A stretch of 10,045 nucleotides of DNA, taken from an uncultured Gaiellales bacterium. GTDB lineage: Bacteria; Actinomycetota; Thermoleophilia; Gaiellales; SKUG01. The notes under the pieces were generated by a model that ran no database searches, was not told the DNA's origin, and was given only the letters and a program-made list of their open reading frames with translations. Location: contig CAYNNW010000045.1 of the NCBI GenBank assembly GCA_964398435.1, forward strand, positions 1 through 10,045, read 5' to 3'. The position numbers and the translations under genes are program-made. Positions 5,560-10,045 of the stretch are shown here, piece after piece. Position 1 is the first letter of the stretch; each line of letters begins with the position of its first letter.

Positions 5560-7337
5560 CGGTGCCCGCCACACCACGTGTCAGTCGACTGCTGATCGCC
5601 AACCGTGGCGAGATTGCCGTTCGAATCGCGCATACCGCTCGCTCGATGGGAGTTGAGACCGTTGCCGTGTACAGCGATGCCGACGCCGGCGCCCCGCACG
5701 TGCAGGCAATGGACCACGCAGTGCGCATTGGTCCGGAATCTGCGACCGACAGCTATCTCAATATCGATGCGGTTCTCGATGCTGCACGCCGCGCTGGTGC
5801 CGATGCCATTCACCCGGGGTATGGCTTCCTCTCCGAGCGCCCCGACTTTGCAGAACGCTGTGCCAGCGAGGGACTGACATTCGTCGGACCGCAGCCGAGC
5901 GCAATGCGTGCGAGCGCCGACAAGGCTGCCGCGAAGGAGCTGGCTGCACGCGCTGGGGTCCCCGTTGTGCCGTCACACGACATCGCCAATGTCCCGGCCG
6001 ATGCGTATCCCGTCCTGGTGAAGGCGAGCGCCGGTGGCGGTGGTCGTGGCATGCGCGTCGTTCGGACTGCTGACGAACTGCCCGCAGCTGTGGAAGCAGC
6101 CCGCCGCGAGGCCGCAGCAGGATTCGGTGACGACACGCTGATCGTCGAAGCGCTGATCGAGCACGGACGCCACATCGAGGTCCAGTTGCTGTGCGATTCG
6201 CATGGAACCGCACTGGCGATTGGCGAGCGTGACTGCTCACTGCAGCGTCGACACCAGAAGGTGATTGAGGAAGCGCCTGCCCCTGGACTGCCCGCGCAGC
6301 TGCGCACCCAGATTCTCGAGGCCGGGATCGCAATTGCCCGGGCGGCCGGATACACGGGCGCCGGAACCGCAGAATTCCTGGTTGCGGGCGACGGCTCGTT
6401 CTACTTCCTGGAGCTCAACGCCCGCCTGCAGGTTGAGCACCCGGTAACCGAACTGGCCTGGACAGGTATTGATCTGGTCGAGTGGCAGATTCGCATCGCC
6501 CGCGGCGAGCGGATCCCGGCCGAGATGGTCGACCGCTTCAGCACCGACAGACAGCCCGCGGCCCATGCAATTGAGGCCCGACTGTACGCGGAAGATCCTG
6601 TGACGCTGCTTCCAACGGGTGGGCGAATTCGGGCACTGCGCTTGCCGACCGGAGATGGAATTCGGATCGACCATGCGCTTGCCGAAGGGCGCACCGTATC
6701 GCTCGCCTACGATCCACTCCTCGCCAAGATCATCGCATCGGGAAGCGACCGCGAGACTGCCCGTCGACGATTGATTTCAGCGCTGGAAGAACTGTGGATC
6801 GCAGGGACGACGACCAATCAACACCTGCTGATCCATGCGTTGTCGGGCGATGAGTTTGCCGCAGGAACCCACGACATCACCACGCTTGCTCGCACGCCCC
6901 TGTCCGAAGACGCAATCGCGCCCGACGGCGCTGACGTCGCTGCGGCGCGACGTACCCTCATCACTCCAACCGCGGCCGACTCACCGTTCACACCCTCGGC
7001 AGGATCCGTACAGTATGTTGCGGGCGACGGCGACACGGTCTGGTTCCGCTCCCGGGGGCGCTGCTGGTCAGCACCACGCGACCAGGTTGACGTCCCCAGT
7101 GGTGGCGGTGGCAATGCGTCCGGATTTGCAGAGCTGGAGGCACCAATGCCGGGCACGGTGATCCGGGCACTTGATGAAGGAGCCGAAGTCCGAACCGGCG
7201 AGCCTGTTGTCGTGATTGAGGCAATGAAGATGGAGAACGCCATCGCCGCGCCGTTCGACGGTCGCGTGGCTTCACTGCACTGCTCGGTCGGCGAGTTGGT
7301 ATCCCGCGGTGCCGTCCTTGCCGAGGTCAGTTCGTGA
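5550..7337 (+). CDS. liuD: 3-methylcrotonyl-CoA carboxylase alpha subunit (biotin carboxylase + biotin carboxyl carrier domain)
   Basis: Biotin carboxylase N-terminus RLLIANRGEIAVRIAHTARSMGVETVAVYSD..IHPGYGFLSE. ATP-grasp core KASAGGGGRGMRVV. C-terminal biotinyl domain with the EAMKMEN motif (VVVIEAMKMENAIAAPFDGRV). Start may be ATG 5550 or ATG 5556, the latter overlapping the hydratase stop. The MCCase call over PCC/ACC is by context. Confidence 0.88.
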   Translation: MGMTVPATPRVSRLLIANRGEIAVRIAHTARSMGVETVAVYSDADAGAPHVQAMDHAVRIGPESATDSYLNIDAVLDAARRAGADAIHPGYGFLSERPDFAERCASEGLTFVGPQPSAMRASADKAAAKELAARAGVPVVPSHDIANVPADAYPVLVKASAGGGGRGMRVVRTADELPAAVEAARREAAAGFGDDTLIVEALIEHGRHIEVQLLCDSHGTALAIGERDCSLQRRHQKVIEEAPAPGLPAQLRTQILEAGIAIARAAGYTGAGTAEFLVAGDGSFYFLELNARLQVEHPVTELAWTGIDLVEWQIRIARGERIPAEMVDRFSTDRQPAAHAIEARLYAEDPVTLLPTGGRIRALRLPTGDGIRIDHALAEGRTVSLAYDPLLAKIIASGSDRETARRRLISALEELWIAGTTTNQHLLIHALSGDEFAAGTHDITTLARTPLSEDAIAPDGADVAAARRTLITPTAADSPFTPSAGSVQYVAGDGDTVWFRSRGRCWSAPRDQVDVPSGGGGNASGFAELEAPMPGTVIRALDEGAEVRTGEPVVVIEAMKMENAIAAPFDGRVASLHCSVGELVSRGAVLAEVSS

Positions 7338-8317
7338 CGCCCGAGGACGCCTCACTCACTGCACCTTCTGCAGTTCGCATTGTGGAAGTCGGGCCTCGCG
7401 ACGGCCTGCAGAACGAACCTGGCACGATCGCAACATCAGACAAGATCGCCCTGATTGAACGGCTCGTTGACTGCGGATTGACCACGATTGAAATCACCAG
7501 TGCGGTCCGTGCCGATGCGGTGCCGCAGCTCGCCGATGCAGCTGAGATCGTCGGCGCCGTAGCCGAGCGTTGGCCAGTTGCTATGGACCCGGCTGATCCT
7601 GACACCCGCCCGCTGCGTTTTCCGGTACTCGTGCCAAACAGTCGTGGCTGGGAGCGTGTTGCCGGATCGGTGGCCGACATCGCGGTCTTCACGGCTGCGT
7701 CTGAATCGTTCAGTCAGCGCAATACGAACACGTCGATTGCCGGATCACTGGAGCGGATTCGAGAGGTGGTCACGCAGGCAGCAGCAGGCGGAGTGCACGT
7801 TCGCGCCTATGTCTCCTGCGCATTCGGCTGCCCCTTCGAAGGCGAAATCGATCCGGCGGCAGTCGAGATGTTGTGTGCCCAACTTCTCGACCTGGGAATT
7901 GCTGAACTCTCGATCGGAGACACCATCGGCGCGGCGATCCCGATGGAGGTTCGTCTGCTGGTGGAGCGCCTGCTTCCTCTTGTCGACTCGCCAACCCAGC
8001 TCGGCCTGCATCTTCACGACACCCGCGGCATGGCAATCGCCAATGCGCTTGCCGGCCTGGAGAGCGGCATTCTCACGTTCGACACTTCAATTGCCGGACT
8101 TGGTGGGTGCCCGTTCGCCCCCGGTGCAACCGGGAACCTCGCGACGGAGGACCTCGCCTGGCTGCTGGAGCGGAGCGGAATCTCCACTGGTCTTGATCTG
8201 GACCGACTGATCGATACGGCGACATTTGCCGCGTCGCTCGTCGGTCGACCGCCGGCTGCACATGTCAGTCGAGCGCCGGTCTGGAAAGGTGCACCAACTG
8301 CACCAAACCCGCGATAG
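7334..8317 (+). CDS. liuE: hydroxymethylglutaryl-CoA lyase
   Basis: GTG start overlapping the liuD stop (GTGA, 7334-7337). Hallmark motifs VRIVEVGPRDGLQNE, LGLHLHDTRGMAIANALAGL and GLGGCPFAPGATGNLATEDLAWLL match the HMGL-like (DRE-TIM) lyase family. Confidence 0.88.
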   Translation: MTPEDASLTAPSAVRIVEVGPRDGLQNEPGTIATSDKIALIERLVDCGLTTIEITSAVRADAVPQLADAAEIVGAVAERWPVAMDPADPDTRPLRFPVLVPNSRGWERVAGSVADIAVFTAASESFSQRNTNTSIAGSLERIREVVTQAAAGGVHVRAYVSCAFGCPFEGEIDPAAVEMLCAQLLDLGIAELSIGDTIGAAIPMEVRLLVERLLPLVDSPTQLGLHLHDTRGMAIANALAGLESGILTFDTSIAGLGGCPFAPGATGNLATEDLAWLLERSGISTGLDLDRLIDTATFAASLVGRPPAAHVSRAPVWKGAPTAPNPR

Positions 8318-8598
8318 TGAGTCAATTCGCACCGAATCCCACCTATCGGTCACTACACTGTCACTTTCATACCACTTTGCTCGCCGAAGCAACATTCGCG
8401 TTACCTTTTAACTGTGGCACTCGTTTACAGCAAACAGACACGTGCGTACCAACCGGCTCGGCCGGTCTGTCGCGTGCAGCTGTCAGGCACAGGTCGACGT
8501 GGCCAGCCTGCGAGTGCCGCCAAAACTCGCAGCATCGCGGTCACCCGGCCATTGTCACTCTTGTGGCCGCGTACCCACTGGGACGCGGCCACAGCTTT
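8318..8598. promoter_or_regulatory. AT-richer intergenic leader/promoter region upstream of the ECF sigma factor gene
   Basis: Base composition is visibly lower in GC than flanking coding DNA (runs such as ttaccttttaactgtggcactcgtttacagcaaacagaca). Only short, unbiased ORFs overlap it. It ends in a perfect GC-rich inverted repeat. Confidence 0.4.
8563..8592. promoter_or_regulatory. perfect 9-bp inverted repeat (GTGGCCGCG-12 nt-CGCGGCCAC) hairpin/operator just upstream of the sigma factor start
   Basis: Read directly: gtggccgcg tacccactggga cgcggccac. It lies 19 nt upstream of the preferred GTG start (8611) and 7 nt upstream of the alternative GTG (8599). No U-tract follows. Confidence 0.4.
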
Positions 8599-8610
8599 GT
8601 GCGGGGTTAC

Positions 8611-9189
8611 GTGAACGGCCCTCGTGAGCATGCCGCGGACGCAACGATCGAGCGGGCACGAATTGGCGACCGCGCCGCATGGGAACTGTTGTACCTGACA
8701 TATGCCCCGACCGTTCTGGGATATCTGCGGTCCCAACGCGCTGACGGAGCGGAGGATCTGCTCGGCGATGTCTGGGTTCGAGTGGTCGGCGACCTCCCGT
8801 CATTTTCGGGGGGAGCAGCTCAATTCCGGGCCTGGATACTTCGGATTGCGCACAACCGACTCGTCGACCACCGGCGTGTACAGACCCGGCGAAACGAAAT
8901 TGCGCCGCAGGAATTCCTGCGCGAAGGTGTCATCGACATGGGTACCCATGTCGATGCGCTGACAATTGAATCCGGTGAACGGCTCGAAGAATTGCTCGAA
9001 GGGTTACCGGATTCACAGCGAGCGGTGGTGTATATGCGCTTCGTGCTTGACCTTCCCCAGCACGAAATTGCGGAAGTGCTGGACTCATCAATTCCGGCAA
9101 TCAAGATGCTGCAGCAGCGCGCTCTCCGCGCAATTGCGTCACGCCTCGAAAATGAATCACTTGACGCTCATCAGGGTGGGAGCGCATGA
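8611..9189 (+). CDS. ECF (extracytoplasmic function) sigma-70 family RNA polymerase sigma factor (~192 aa); alternative GTG start at 8599
   Basis: Region-2-like segment ERARIGDRAAWELLYLTYAPTVLGYL...DLLGDVWVRVV...FRAWILRIAHNRLVDHRR. Region-4 HTH-like segment LPDSQRAVVYMRFVLDLPQHEIAEVLDSSIPAIKMLQQRALRAI. A GCGGGG purine stretch lies 4 nt upstream of GTG 8611. The ORF-track start at 8317 runs through the AT-rich leader and is an over-extension. Confidence 0.8.
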   Translation: MNGPREHAADATIERARIGDRAAWELLYLTYAPTVLGYLRSQRADGAEDLLGDVWVRVVGDLPSFSGGAAQFRAWILRIAHNRLVDHRRVQTRRNEIAPQEFLREGVIDMGTHVDALTIESGERLEELLEGLPDSQRAVVYMRFVLDLPQHEIAEVLDSSIPAIKMLQQRALRAIASRLENESLDAHQGGSA

Positions 9190-10045
9190 GCAGCATCCCG
9201 CCCAACCCCAGCGATCTTCCTGATGATGAGCTGACCGAGTACGAGCGCGCCGCCGTTGACGCAATTCGGCGATCGGGCCACGAAACGGAACCAGTCGTTC
9301 ACCACCTTATGTCCCAGCACCTTGATCGTGCGATCGAGCTTGCTGAGCGAGGCCGCCGACGAAGCGGCCGCATCACCCGACGGAAAGCCCGCTCCCACCG
9401 ACTGCATGCTGCCTTGATTGCCGCCGCACTCTTCATTGCCATTCCAACCGCAGGGCTGGCAGGAGCGCTGCCATATGTGGCGCAACGCGGGTTCGATGCA
9501 GTCCTCAGATCAGCCGGAATCAGTGCTCGCCCGTTCACGTCGAAACGTCCGCACCCACATTCCACTCGATCCGGCCAGAATTCCATCGCACCAGTCGCAT
9601 CACCGTTTGCGTTGATGTTGACCAACACTGACGGCGCAACGTGCAGCATCGGTCATGAAATACCATTCCGCGCAATCGACAACCAACACAGAGCGCAACA
9701 CACGACGGGGCACCAACCGATTGTTGGCGGCAGCTCGACGCCCGCCCCTTCTCCACATGGCGCCAGCCAATCACCCAATTCCAGCGAGGGGTCGACCCCC
9801 AATCCGGGCGGTGGTGATTCCGATGATCCCACCGGCCCGTCCTCACCCGATTCATCAGGGACCAATGGCGCCAGCGACCGTGCTGACGGTAACGGCAATA
9901 GCAATGCGGGCGGCAACGGCAATAGTGGCGGCAACGGCAATGGCAACGCTGGCGGGAATGGCAACGCTGGCGGGAATGGCAACGCTGGCGGGAATGGCAA
10001 TGGCAACACTGGCGGGAATGGCAACGGCAACGCTGGCGGGAATGG
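9186..10045 (+). CDS. putative membrane-spanning anti-sigma factor with Gly/Asn-rich repetitive extracytoplasmic region; 3' end outside window
   Basis: ATG at 9186 overlaps the sigma stop (ATGA). The frame is open to the end of the window (checked codon by codon, no stop). About 75 aa of charged N-terminal domain, one TM helix (LHAALIAAALFIAIPTAGLAGALPYV), then S/P/T/G/N-rich low-complexity sequence ending in GNGNAGGNGNAGGNGNAGG repeats. No HxxxCxxC zinc motif. The anti-sigma call rests on position and topology only. Confidence 0.5.
   Translation, partial: MSSIPPNPSDLPDDELTEYERAAVDAIRRSGHETEPVVHHLMSQHLDRAIELAERGRRRSGRITRRKARSHRLHAALIAAALFIAIPTAGLAGALPYVAQRGFDAVLRSAGISARPFTSKRPHPHSTRSGQNSIAPVASPFALMLTNTDGATCSIGHEIPFRAIDNQHRAQHTTGHQPIVGGSSTPAPSPHGASQSPNSSEGSTPNPGGGDSDDPTGPSSPDSSGTNGASDRADGNGNSNAGGNGNSGGNGNGNAGGNGNAGGNGNAGGNGNGNTGGNGNGNAGGN
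9888..10045 (+). repeat. in-frame tandem repeat, 18-bp unit ggcaacgctggcgggaat (hexapeptide G-N-A-G-G-N) with ggcaat/ggcaac 6-bp variants; continues beyond window
   Basis: Three perfect consecutive 18-bp copies at 9942-9995. Further copies at 10002-10019 (one substitution, gct to act) and 10026-10043. Degenerate ggcaayrgy units run from about 9888. Confidence 0.85.

Noticed and set aside
5118-5813. 231 aa minus-strand ORF (and other long minus/alternate-frame ORFs across liuC/liuD/liuE)
   Set aside because: It is antisense to well-supported crotonase and biotin-carboxylase genes with clear family motifs. An open shadow frame caused by GC richness.
8418-8434. Sigma-54-like TGGCAC-N5 motif (tgtggcactcgtttaca)
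   Set aside because: The -12 element is TACA rather than TTGC. Actinobacteria generally lack RpoN. Treated as a chance match.
8317-8610. N-terminal extension of the sigma-factor ORF back to 8317 as drawn in the ORF track
   Set aside because: The extension runs through the AT-rich leader and the 9-bp palindrome. Its codon composition is unlike the rest of the window. ECF region 2 begins right after the GTG at 8611, giving a normal ~192 aa protein.
9653-10030. 125 aa minus-strand ORF MPLPFPPVLPLPFPPALPFPP...
   Set aside because: It is the reverse-complement reading of the GNAGGN tandem repeat (an open frame because the repeat lacks stops). The plus-strand frame is continuous with the anti-sigma gene and coupled to the sigma gene.

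Overview
High-GC, actinobacteria-like chromosomal segment with dense, GC3-biased coding. It carries a leucine/isovalerate catabolic (liu-type) gene set: the C-terminus of a 3-methylcrotonyl-CoA carboxylase beta subunit at the left edge, then, after a ~4.5 kb interruption, an enoyl-CoA hydratase (methylglutaconyl-CoA hydratase-like), a biotin-carboxylase/BCCP alpha subunit and an HMG-CoA lyase. The last three are joined by ATGA/GTGA start-stop overlaps. The interruption (about 212-4740) is a membrane-associated module. It holds a small RBS-supported minus-strand ORF, a ~110 aa all-transmembrane protein, a signal-peptide-bearing Trp-rich secreted protein with a carboxypeptidase-regulatory-like beta-sandwich C-terminus, a convergent 679 aa SPFH/flotillin-like protein with an unusually long Gly-rich disordered tail and an acidic helical C-terminus, and a divergent Trp-rich protein of unknown function directly upstream of the hydratase. 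Downstream of the lyase, after a visibly AT-richer ~280 bp intergenic region ending in a perfect 9-bp GC hairpin, lies an ECF sigma factor gene. It is translationally coupled (ATGA) to a putative single-pass membrane anti-sigma factor. That gene's extracytoplasmic part becomes an 18-bp (GNAGGN hexapeptide) tandem repeat and runs off the window end. No rRNA, tRNA, CRISPR or transposase signatures were seen. All functional calls rest on motif recognition by eye, not on database searches.
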